A stretch of 15,413 bases of DNA from Bdellovibrionia bacterium. Lineage in GTDB: Bacteria; Bdellovibrionota; UBA1018. The notes under the pieces were generated by a model, which did no database searches, was not told the DNA's origin, and was given only the letters and a program-made list of their open reading frames with translations. Of the stretch, positions 1 to 7,649 are shown piece after piece. Position 1 is the stretch's first letter, and every line of letters begins with the position of its first letter. The position numbers were made by a program, and so were the translations under genes. The stretch spans positions 1 to 15,413 of the forward strand of contig JBJMMA010000173.1 of assembly GCA_045805065.1 (NCBI GenBank), written 5' to 3'.

Positions 1-160
1 AAATATAAACCAAAAACAACCTCAAACAAAAATTTAAAACAAACAAACCCTAAGTAATGGAATAGAACCTGGAATACTACAAACAGCTCAATGACTATGG
101 AAACTACAGGAAAATCCTGAAATGCCTGGGTCAAATCAAGGTCTGATTCACAGCTGAATC

Positions 161-183
161 AATAGTTGCCAATACTAACTATT
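161..183. promoter_or_regulatory. Palindromic operator AATAGTT-N9-AACTATT, probable MarR autoregulatory site overlapping the operon promoter
   Basis: Perfect 7-bp inverted repeat (161-167/177-183) 31 nt upstream of the first ATG, containing a -35-like TTGCCA (166-171). A MarR gene is second in the operon; assignment to MarR is inference. Confidence 0.6.
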
Positions 184-214
184 TTATATAGAAGCGTCTC
201 TCATAAAGACGCAT

Positions 215-1570
215 ATGAAAAAGCCGAACCTTGTTACCGCACTGTTTTTCGTCTTAGGCACCTTAGTCATCTCAGGGGGACTCTGCTCAGCTGCACCCAA
301 CACGCAACAGCAGCCCATCGCGCTCTCGCTCTCCATTCAGGACGCCGTCAAGCGCGCTCTGGATCGCAATCCGACCGTTCTTGCCAACCGCGAAAGAGTC
401 GAAGAAGCAAGCCATGCTTATTCCTACGCGGTCTCCCAGTTTCTTCCTAACCTTGCTGGAAACGCTTCAGCGTTCAAACAAAAGGCCGCGGTCAACGGAA
501 TCAGCGTTCCTTTTGGCGGCGAGTCTTATAATCAATACACTTTACAGCTGAAGCTGGTGCAGCCCCTCTATCAGGGCGGCGCGATCATGAGCGGACTTCA
601 TGCCGCCGAAAAAGAGCTCGATATCCGAAAGAAGGATCTTGAGATCTCCGAGCGCGATGTGACCGCGCAAGTGATCAATTCCTTTTATTCGGTCATGCTC
701 AATCAGCAGCTTCTGAACGTGCTCAATTACACGCTCAATGAAGAAAAACAGACTCAGGCACTCGTTGAGAAATACCAGAAGATCGGAAGAACCCAGCTTC
801 TGGACGTTCTTCAGATCAAAACGCAAGTCGCCCTCATCTATCCCCGGATCTCCACGGCCGAAAACCAGATGAAGTCATCCGCGTCCCAACTCATGAGCCT
901 GCTTCATGACAATCAGACTGAAGCGGTGAACCTGACAGGAGATCTGGTTTATATTGATCCCGTGACGGTCTCAAAAGTGCTTGCGATGAAAAGAGAGCGC
1001 CCCGAGCTTGCCAGAAGCCGGATCGTGATCGATCAGTTTGACGACAAGTCAACCGTCGCCCTGGCCACTTACAATCCATCCTTCAATCTGCAGGCGCTTT
1101 ACGGAAAGACCGCGAACTCGCAGAGCGATCTCTTGAACGATTTCTCAAACACCTGGTCCGTGGGATTTCAGCTGACTGTCCCGATCTTTTCAGGGCTTGC
1201 ATCCATTCATGAAAAGCGCGTTCTTGCTTCGCAGGAAAAGCAGCTTGAGTACAATCAGCAATCGCTTCTCGATAATCTGGCCTATAGCCAGGTGCAGGCC
1301 GAGCGAAACCTGGATGCGGCTGCCGCCGTTTTAAAGAGCTCCAAAGAAGCCTCCGAGTACTCGACCGCCTCCCTCAAGGAAGCCCAACGCGAATTTAAAA
1401 TGGCCACAAGCAGTTACACGCAGCTCAATACGTCGGAACAGAACTTCCTGGACGCCCAGACCCGGTTCATTGGCGCCAAATACGATTACATCGACGCTGT
1501 TACAAAATACTTTGTTTCTGCTGGCGTTCCGATCCATGAGCTCGTACAACTCCTGGCGACCGCGAAGTAA
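215..1570 (+). CDS. TolC-family outer membrane efflux protein (451 aa)
   Basis: Signal peptide; LSIQDAVKRALDRNP N-terminal motif; two OEP repeats (FLPNLAGNAS...LKLVQPLYQGG and YNPSFNLQA...WSVGFQLTVPIFSG); ERPEL motif; long coiled-coil helices. Confidence 0.92.
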   Translation: MKKPNLVTALFFVLGTLVISGGLCSAAPNTQQQPIALSLSIQDAVKRALDRNPTVLANRERVEEASHAYSYAVSQFLPNLAGNASAFKQKAAVNGISVPFGGESYNQYTLQLKLVQPLYQGGAIMSGLHAAEKELDIRKKDLEISERDVTAQVINSFYSVMLNQQLLNVLNYTLNEEKQTQALVEKYQKIGRTQLLDVLQIKTQVALIYPRISTAENQMKSSASQLMSLLHDNQTEAVNLTGDLVYIDPVTVSKVLAMKRERPELARSRIVIDQFDDKSTVALATYNPSFNLQALYGKTANSQSDLLNDFSNTWSVGFQLTVPIFSGLASIHEKRVLASQEKQLEYNQQSLLDNLAYSQVQAERNLDAAAAVLKSSKEASEYSTASLKEAQREFKMATSSYTQLNTSEQNFLDAQTRFIGAKYDYIDAVTKYFVSAGVPIHELVQLLATAK

Positions 1571-1594
1571 CCCCTTTTCAGGACCGCAAAACTT

Positions 1595-2959
1595 ATGCGT
1601 TTTAATGATGATGACAATGCCAAGCTCTTGCTAGACACTATCCCCCGCGTGATGCACTCCATCCGCGAGGAAATGCGGGGAGTCGCCCGCGGAAAGTTCA
1701 CCGTTCCGCAGTTTCGCATCCTCAATCAGCTTCGAAAGCGCCCTCTGACCAACAGCGAGCTTGCCGAGTGGATGGGCGTCACCGCACCCACCATGTCCCG
1801 CATGCTAGAGCCTCTTGAAGAAAAGGGCCTGATTGTCCGCACCTACAATCCCAATGACCGCAGATCGCAATCGCTCTCCCTCACTGCCACGGGAAAGCGT
1901 GAGGCCGAGAAAATCCGCCGTCAGGCTCTGGAGAGCTTCGCCGCTCGAACTGAAAAGCTTTCCAGCGAGGAGAGCCATACTCTCGCCAGCGGTTTGAAAG
2001 TTTTAGCCAAAATGTTTGATGACGATGCAAACGATGCTCCTGCCGAAAGGACTAAATCCAGCATGAAAACCAAATCCGTGACTCTGATGATGCTTGTGGC
2101 ACTTGCCTCTTCGATCTCCTCTTGCATGGGCGACAGGACGACCGAAGATTACGCCAATGAGCAATCCCGTAAAGAGCAGGCAAAACTTCAGGAAATCGCC
2201 GGCACCTACAGAGGCAATCTGGTTTCCAATGAGACCGGGCAATCGCTCGGAACCCTCACCCTTCAACTCGATAGCTACACCGACGTCCAGAACTCATCGG
2301 ATGGTCTGACCAAGATCCAGGTTCCTGTCGCGAAAGGTACTCTCTTTTACAGCGGCATCAACAGGTCGCAGATCAACTTTGATAAATATTACTACGACTC
2401 AAACTCCAAGCTTCTTCAGATCCAGGTTCCTATCGTGGATGCTTCGAAGACCACTCAGATCCTCTCACTCCGCGGCACTTTCAGTGGAGATCAGCTGACG
2501 GGTGACATCGAGGCGCTCGGAGGCTATTCCAGCTCATTCACCCTAGTCAAAAACGGTCCATTGGTCCAGGCTCAGAACCTGAACGCGATTCGGGGCGCTA
2601 CTGCAATCGCTGCAGGTGACGAAACTTTCGTCGGCACCGACAACACTTCCTACAAGCTCACGATTCAGTATCCAGGCGATAATACTCAGCAGCTTTTTAT
2701 GAACCTCTTCTTGCCTCAGCGCACTGTCACAGCGACGCTGATCATCGGCAGAACGAAGCTTGCTTTCACTTCCGCTATTCTCGATGAGCGCTATAACACG
2801 CTCAAAGGCGATGCCGTGTTCAACACGTATCCCATCGAGCTCCGCTGCACCAGAACAGGCCATGGAACTCCGGCCGAGAAATGGGATTGTCAAACCATGG
2901 CGGGAGACGCCGTAAACCATATCGTCTTCGGGCTGGCAAACAGCCTTCAGGCAAAATGA
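1595..2959 (+). CDS. MarR-family regulator (about aa 1-140) in frame with a lipoprotein (454 aa ORF)
   Basis: Winged HTH: TVPQFRILNQL...LTNSELAEWMGVTAPTMSRMLEPLEEKGLIVRTYNPNDRRSQSLSLTATG (DRR wing motif). No stop after the domain; the acidic linker DDDANDAPAE leads into a signal peptide. Confidence 0.85.
   Translation: MRFNDDDNAKLLLDTIPRVMHSIREEMRGVARGKFTVPQFRILNQLRKRPLTNSELAEWMGVTAPTMSRMLEPLEEKGLIVRTYNPNDRRSQSLSLTATGKREAEKIRRQALESFAARTEKLSSEESHTLASGLKVLAKMFDDDANDAPAERTKSSMKTKSVTLMMLVALASSISSCMGDRTTEDYANEQSRKEQAKLQEIAGTYRGNLVSNETGQSLGTLTLQLDSYTDVQNSSDGLTKIQVPVAKGTLFYSGINRSQINFDKYYYDSNSKLLQIQVPIVDASKTTQILSLRGTFSGDQLTGDIEALGGYSSSFTLVKNGPLVQAQNLNAIRGATAIAAGDETFVGTDNTSYKLTIQYPGDNTQQLFMNLFLPQRTVTATLIIGRTKLAFTSAILDERYNTLKGDAVFNTYPIELRCTRTGHGTPAEKWDCQTMAGDAVNHIVFGLANSLQAK
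2063..2959 (+). CDS. Putative lipoprotein from an internal in-frame start; beta-rich, possibly two lipocalin-like domains
   Basis: AAAGGA at 2046-2051, ATG at 2063, then MKTKSVTLMMLVALASSISSC: basic n-region, h-region and lipobox ISSC (Cys codon 2123-2125). The mature part starts with AGTYRG and has a C-terminal Cys pair. Confidence 0.7.
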   Translation: MKTKSVTLMMLVALASSISSCMGDRTTEDYANEQSRKEQAKLQEIAGTYRGNLVSNETGQSLGTLTLQLDSYTDVQNSSDGLTKIQVPVAKGTLFYSGINRSQINFDKYYYDSNSKLLQIQVPIVDASKTTQILSLRGTFSGDQLTGDIEALGGYSSSFTLVKNGPLVQAQNLNAIRGATAIAAGDETFVGTDNTSYKLTIQYPGDNTQQLFMNLFLPQRTVTATLIIGRTKLAFTSAILDERYNTLKGDAVFNTYPIELRCTRTGHGTPAEKWDCQTMAGDAVNHIVFGLANSLQAK

Positions 2960-2967
2960 GGTCAGGC

Positions 2968-3687
2968 ATGTTGAAAGCGAAATCTGCCTTACTTTGCCTG
3001 ATTGCACTGACCCCAGCTCTGACAATGGCGAGTCAAGCCCATGCCGGAGCAGTAGCTCAAGGCACCTATCAGGTCACCATTCCTAAAAGCCGGATCGAGA
3101 TGCCAAAGATGCCAGCGCCTCAGAGCCCTCGGGTTCCTGATCAGCTGGACTTAGGCGCCTCAAGCTGGGCTCCTCGCGGGTTCAGCTTAGCTAGCCGGAC
3201 AATGGACACCACGAATTTCTCTCGTGAAGGCGCGCCATCTTTCTACGTGAACTATTTAAAGTCCATCACGAATCTGGACGGCCTTTTCCTCAAGGCAGGA
3301 CTCAATTGGCTTTCTCTGAGCCGCTCAGGAAAGGTTGGAAGCGGATCCACTCCTGTATCAGAAAGCCAGGCCCTTCAACTCTTCTCGCTTCGTGCCGGCG
3401 CAGAATACGCTCCTTCTCTTCTTCAAGTCATGGGAGTCCAGCCTTACGCAGGGCTTGCGATTCTGCCTTCTTTGGGCATGACCGGTCGCTCGGCTTTTGA
3501 TGATGGCTCCAGTTATTTTGGGATTCCATTTGAGTACACAGCCGGAGCTCAGTTCGAGCTCTCCCGTTTTGGGCTTGGTTGGAATCAGGCAAGCCTGGAT
3601 CTTGGACTAACCGGCACTGCAGGCACCGTCGATCACTCAAGCGTTGCCGGGATCGGAATCAAGGGCGGAATCAGGGTGGCATTATGA
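2968..3687 (+). CDS. Putative outer-membrane beta-barrel protein
   Basis: GAGG at 2958-2961 precedes ATG 2968 (alternative ATG 2956 overlaps the upstream stop). Signal peptide ending AHA, Pro-rich linker, amphipathic strands (FSLRAGAEY, PYAGLAIL, YTAGAQF) and alternating C-terminal strand IGIKGGIRVAL. Confidence 0.7.
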   Translation: MLKAKSALLCLIALTPALTMASQAHAGAVAQGTYQVTIPKSRIEMPKMPAPQSPRVPDQLDLGASSWAPRGFSLASRTMDTTNFSREGAPSFYVNYLKSITNLDGLFLKAGLNWLSLSRSGKVGSGSTPVSESQALQLFSLRAGAEYAPSLLQVMGVQPYAGLAILPSLGMTGRSAFDDGSSYFGIPFEYTAGAQFELSRFGLGWNQASLDLGLTGTAGTVDHSSVAGIGIKGGIRVAL

Positions 3688-5066
3688 GAAAGTTTTTAGC
3701 AGTCTTCTTACTGACTATTTTTAGCTCACCAGCTTTGTCTGCATTCGCAGCAGACTCATCGGCCAAGACTATCGTACTGGACCCAGCAACTCTGAGAGCT
3801 CAGCTACTCAAAGGCAATCTCTCGCTCGTGCAGCAGGAGAAACTTGTCGAAGACGCAAAGACTTCCATCAGCGTAGCTCGCGCGGGCCTTTTTCCTTCCT
3901 TGAACCTTTCAGCTGCATTCAAGGGCAACTTCATTCTTTCTTCGATCGATTTTCTGGTCCCTTTTCTGATCCCATCCAACTGGGCGGAACTCGATCAGAA
4001 CAAGCATCTCTTTGAAGCTCAAAAACTTTCTTACAAAGCTCTTGAGCTCAATACCTATAGCTCCGCTCTGTCAGTCTATTTCAATGTCAGAAGCGATAAC
4101 GAGATCGCTCAACAGCACCTTCAACAAGCAAAAGATCTCAGGCAGATTGCCGACTATATCCAGAATGCGGCAAGTTTTGGCGTTGCTTCAGGCCAAGACG
4201 TCCAAAACGCGTTAGGCAATGCTGAAGCTGCTGAAGGTGAAGCCTCCAAGATGCAAGTCGCGATGATCAAAGAGCTCGCGGCGCTTCGCCAGATGCTAGG
4301 ACTCTCGCTCGACACCCAGATTCTCTTCTCAACCGATCAGTCAGCCGCCACTCTGGCTCCTTCCACCGTAGAGTCAGCGACTTCTCCTACCGATATTGCA
4401 AAAGCCGTGGATCGCTCTCTTTCCACCGGCCCTGAGCTTGCTCAAATCAATGAGTTGATCACTGCAGCAAAAGCAGGAACCTGGAGCAAAGCTTTCGGCT
4501 GGATCAATAGCGCTTCTTTGGAAGCATCTTCAGAAAACGGATCCAATGCCTCGTTCTCTAATCTTCAGGCTCGCGGCTCCGTCAGCCTGGGACTCGGAAT
4601 TTTCCCGGTCATTGAGCTCTCCCATCGCAACGTTCAGGAGATCCAGCTTCGTGCCGAAGCGCTTAGACAGGAAAACACTGAGATCCTTGAAGGCAGCATT
4701 CTTGCCACGCAGGAAGCTCAGAACGAGCTGGCTCATTTCTCCCGCGCTGAGGCCGCTCTAAAAGGCGCCTACGATGACGTACTCACCCAGTACCAGTTTG
4801 GCGTCGCGAACATCTACGACGTGCTGCAAGCGCATCAATCGCTTTCCGCTGCGGCGATCAACCGCATTCAGGCCGAGCTTGAAATCACGCTACTTCGCGT
4901 GACGCTTCATCGCACGATGCTGACCGACGAATTTGCGAAGATCCCGGACTGCGCAGCACAGAACCCGCCCGCGCCACAAAAGCGCGGAGGATTTTTCGGC
5001 AACCTTTTTGGCTCTCATAAAGATGAGAGCGGTCCCTCACTTCTTGAGATTTGCAGAGCGAAGTGA
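3684..5066 (+). CDS. Second, divergent TolC-family outer membrane protein
   Basis: ATGA overlap with the upstream stop (3684-3687); signal peptide MRKFLAVFLL...AFA; ARAGLFPSLNLS, GPEL and QYQFGVANIYDVLQA OEP-like motifs. Confidence 0.8.
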   Translation: MRKFLAVFLLTIFSSPALSAFAADSSAKTIVLDPATLRAQLLKGNLSLVQQEKLVEDAKTSISVARAGLFPSLNLSAAFKGNFILSSIDFLVPFLIPSNWAELDQNKHLFEAQKLSYKALELNTYSSALSVYFNVRSDNEIAQQHLQQAKDLRQIADYIQNAASFGVASGQDVQNALGNAEAAEGEASKMQVAMIKELAALRQMLGLSLDTQILFSTDQSAATLAPSTVESATSPTDIAKAVDRSLSTGPELAQINELITAAKAGTWSKAFGWINSASLEASSENGSNASFSNLQARGSVSLGLGIFPVIELSHRNVQEIQLRAEALRQENTEILEGSILATQEAQNELAHFSRAEAALKGAYDDVLTQYQFGVANIYDVLQAHQSLSAAAINRIQAELEITLLRVTLHRTMLTDEFAKIPDCAAQNPPAPQKRGGFFGNLFGSHKDESGPSLLEICRAK

Positions 5067-5072
5067 GGAAAA

Positions 5073-5117
5073 TGCGGCAATCCACATCGCGCCTGTAAAG
5101 CGATGAGGGTTGCCGCA
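5073..5117. terminator. Long hairpin between convergent genes, probable bidirectional terminator
   Basis: TGCGGCAA-TCC-A-CATCGC, 9-nt loop, GCGATG-A-GGG-TTGCCGCA (one mismatch, one G-U pair). On the minus strand it is followed by TTTT (5072-5069). Confidence 0.7.
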
Positions 5118-5129
5118 CTTAGATATTCG

Positions 5130-5687
5130 TCAGACAAAAAGGCCCATACAGACGTCGTCGTCATAGCGGCCATCCGAATACTTGATGGCCTTGATGAGGC
5201 GACCTTCCTCTTTGAAACCAAGCTTCGAGTAAAGCGCAATGGCGCGCGCATTGGATGAAAGCACGTGCAACTCGAGCTTTTCCAGCGATGGGTTGCCTTT
5301 CGCCCATTCAATGACGCTTTTTAACAAGATCTCACCTAAGCCCTGGCTTCGCCAAGGCGGCATGACAGACATTCCAAAGACCGCGGTATGAGACAGGCGA
5401 CGCCGTGCCCCCCGATGGCAATCAATATTGCCGATGATCTCGCCGTCTTTCTCCGCGACCAGTAGAAGCTCACCAGGATTTTCAAGCATCCCTCGGATCC
5501 AGGCACGCTCCTGCTCCTCCGTGGGAGCAAATTCGCCTTCCTCCCAGAGCTGACCCTCGCCCTGGGCAAGATTGACTGCGAGGGTATTTAAAAGAGCTGC
5601 CGCATCGGACTCAACCCCCGCGCGAATCGTCACAGCATCGCCTGACTTAAGCTTCGCCTGAAAAGTTTCGATGCGGGCCACTTTCAA
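5130..5687 (-). CDS. GNAT-family N-acetyltransferase (185 aa)
   Basis: TTG start with AGGAG RBS (5695-5691); acetyl-CoA motif A GMSVMPPWRSQGLG and motif B NARAIALYSKLGF. Confidence 0.92.
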   Translation of the reverse strand: MKVARIETFQAKLKSGDAVTIRAGVESDAAALLNTLAVNLAQGEGQLWEEGEFAPTEEQERAWIRGMLENPGELLLVAEKDGEIIGNIDCHRGARRRLSHTAVFGMSVMPPWRSQGLGEILLKSVIEWAKGNPSLEKLELHVLSSNARAIALYSKLGFKEEGRLIKAIKYSDGRYDDDVCMGLFV

Positions 5688-5693
5688 ATTCTC

Positions 5694-6077
5694 CTACTGA
5701 CACTCAGATCCATTGACCAGAACCTGGCCAATGGAGATACGTGAGCTTCCATCCATCTTCACGGAACGAGAAGTCTTGGCAACGATATCAGCCGTATCCG
5801 GATGAAAACCGTCGAAATAGTACACGGACGTCAAAGTCGTCGTGTAGCCGTAATAAACGGTTCCGTTATCGAAGTCCTTCGCCATGACAGACGTGTCCGT
5901 CTCTTTCAGGCCATAAGGGATCACATACTCTGAGCAATGAGTTAAGAGATACGTGTAAAGCTCTGACTGAAGCTCCGTTGGCAAAACCGAGCTCGGCTTG
6001 AAGATCGTCTGGATCGAATTAGCCTGAGCCGAAGAAGCAGCCGCGATCAAAACCAAAAGCGATAATGCGCGCTTCAT
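5694..6077 (-). CDS. Small secreted hypothetical protein, paralog B (127 aa)
   Basis: ATG 6077 overlaps the upstream TGA (ATGA); signal peptide ending SSAQA; clear homology to the adjacent gene. Confidence 0.85.
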   Translation of the reverse strand: MKRALSLLVLIAAASSAQANSIQTIFKPSSVLPTELQSELYTYLLTHCSEYVIPYGLKETDTSVMAKDFDNGTVYYGYTTTLTSVYYFDGFHPDTADIVAKTSRSVKMDGSSRISIGQVLVNGSECQ

Positions 6078-6454
6078 TTGCAATCCGTCCCTTCAACCGA
6101 GACATGAGAGATGCCAAAGTAAGGGATCTCGTCGTAAGCAATGAGTTGGTAAGTTTCGGCGTAAATGCGAGCCGTGGTGGGATGCATTCCATCAAAGTAA
6201 TACGTGGAAGTCAGGGCGGTGCCGTATTCGTATTTCTGCACACCCGTGTCCTCGGTTTTATCAACCGTTGTTCCGGTTTCAGAAAGTCCGTAAGGAGAGA
6301 CATACTCGCCGCAGTGGGCTTCAATGTAGCTGATGAGCTTTTCACGGAGCTCCTGAGGCAACGCGCTTTTTGCGGAGAAAACGGTCTGCGCCGTGTTTGC
6401 CTGAGCGGAGGAAACTGCGAGCAATGCCGAAAGAACCAATAAGGACTTTTTCAT
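6074..6454 (-). CDS. Small secreted hypothetical protein, paralog A (126 aa)
   Basis: AGGAG RBS (6468-6464); signal peptide ending SSAQA; shares HCxEYVxPYGL, YYFDGxHP and a terminal Cys with paralog B. Confidence 0.85.
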   Translation of the reverse strand: MKKSLLVLSALLAVSSAQANTAQTVFSAKSALPQELREKLISYIEAHCGEYVSPYGLSETGTTVDKTEDTGVQKYEYGTALTSTYYFDGMHPTTARIYAETYQLIAYDEIPYFGISHVSVEGTDCK

Positions 6455-6605
6455 AAAGAAGCACTCCTGCCTATCGTGGGTTAAATTTGCGGCTCTTATA
6501 ACAGAAATAGTTGTAAAAAACAGTCAAGATTAAACAAAACCACGCAACGCAGCAAAATACCTGATTATATTGTCTAATTCGGGCAATCGATGTACGAGAG
6601 GCAAA
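6455..6605. promoter_or_regulatory. AT-rich divergent promoter region
   Basis: Intergenic gap between divergent operons; minus-strand extended -10-like TGTTATAAG (6503-6495); RBS GAGAGG at 6596-6601. Exact promoter boxes are uncertain. Confidence 0.5.
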
Positions 6606-7649
6606 ATGCGTGTTGGAATTACCGGCGCCAACGGTTTCATCGGCAATCACCTTCTCAGATCCGCTCTAGCTCATCGAGTTCATGGTTCTCGTCCTGTTGT
6701 TTTCCTGCAGCGAGGATCCTCCACGCGCCCCTTTGAAGATATTCCAACCGATCATTATACCGCGTTCTGGGGCGACCTTTTAGACAAAGAAAGCCTGGAC
6801 GCGTTTATCAGCCAGTGCGACGTGGTCTTTCACCTCGCCGGCTTTAATCGCTATTGGTCGCAAAACCCGAACGTCTTCCTCGATGTTAATCTTGAGGGAG
6901 CAAAGAATGTCGCTGAAGCCTGCCTCAAACACGGCGTAAAGAAGCTGATTCACGTCAGCAGCTGCGTGACCTTGGGAGCATCACTGGATCCCACTCCTCG
7001 CAATGAAGACGCCGAATTCAACCTCAAGGGAGTGCGCTTCCCTTACGCTGAAACCAAAAAGGCTGGCGAAGACCTCATCCTCTCTTATGTGAAAGAGCGC
7101 GCTCTGCCTGCGGTCATCGTTCATCCAACGTCCGCAATCGGTGAGCAGGATTTTGGCCCAACACCGATTGGAAAACCCATCGCCGATATCAGCAAAGGTA
7201 AATGGCCCGTCTATGTCGCGGGGGGCGCATGTTTTATCGATGTTCATGACGTGGTTCGCGGTTTGTGGCTTGCGATGGAACGCGGACGCATCGGTGAAAA
7301 ATATCTTTTTGCCGGAGAAAACCTGACAAACCAGCAGTTCATGACCCTGGTGGCCGAATGCGCGGGCGTTCCAAAGCCCAAGATGAAAGTCCCTCTGCCG
7401 CTTCTCAAGGGTGTGGCCTGGACCGCCGAATTTGCAGCGGATCGCATCACACGCAAAGAGCCAGTTTTGACCGTGGGAATGACTGCACTCATCGGCAAGT
7501 ATCTCTACTTTGACGGAAGCAAGGCTGAGCGAGAGCTTGGTTTTAAAGCAGGTCCTGCGGCACCCGCCATTCAGCGCTGCATTGATTGGTTCAGAGCCCA
7601 GGAAGCTACTCAAAACGCTGCTGAGCCTCTCCTAGGGGCTGCACAATGA
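6606..7649 (+). CDS. hpnA: HpnA-like hopanoid-associated NAD-dependent epimerase/dehydratase (extended SDR)
   Basis: TGANGFIG; FHLAGFNRYW; SSCVTLG; YAETK catalytic motif; VHPTSAIGEQDFGPTPIG resembles the HpnA NPSTPIGPxDxKPTPTG motif; hpnH is nearby. ATG 6606 has an RBS. Confidence 0.7.
   Translation: MRVGITGANGFIGNHLLRSALAHRVHGSRPVVFLQRGSSTRPFEDIPTDHYTAFWGDLLDKESLDAFISQCDVVFHLAGFNRYWSQNPNVFLDVNLEGAKNVAEACLKHGVKKLIHVSSCVTLGASLDPTPRNEDAEFNLKGVRFPYAETKKAGEDLILSYVKERALPAVIVHPTSAIGEQDFGPTPIGKPIADISKGKWPVYVAGGACFIDVHDVVRGLWLAMERGRIGEKYLFAGENLTNQQFMTLVAECAGVPKPKMKVPLPLLKGVAWTAEFAADRITRKEPVLTVGMTALIGKYLYFDGSKAERELGFKAGPAAPAIQRCIDWFRAQEATQNAAEPLLGAAQ

Noticed and set aside
2313..2431. 14-bp direct repeat AGATCCAGGTTCCT (2313-2326 and 2418-2431)
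   Set aside because: Only two copies, both encoding IQVP in frame; not an array or mobile-element end.
2881..3683. Upstream starts at 2881 and 3579 given by the ORF track
   Set aside because: They overlap upstream genes and bury the signal peptides; 2968 (RBS) and 3684 (ATGA coupling) fit better.
5130..6454. GNAT toxin-antitoxin interpretation
   Set aside because: The upstream partners are secreted proteins, not RHH antitoxins, and the GNAT looks like an ordinary small-molecule acetyltransferase.
6506..6513. AATAGTTG identical to the left half of the putative MarR operator, in the divergent promoter
   Set aside because: No matching right half-site at the same spacing; an 8-mer match in AT-rich DNA is weak evidence for co-regulation.
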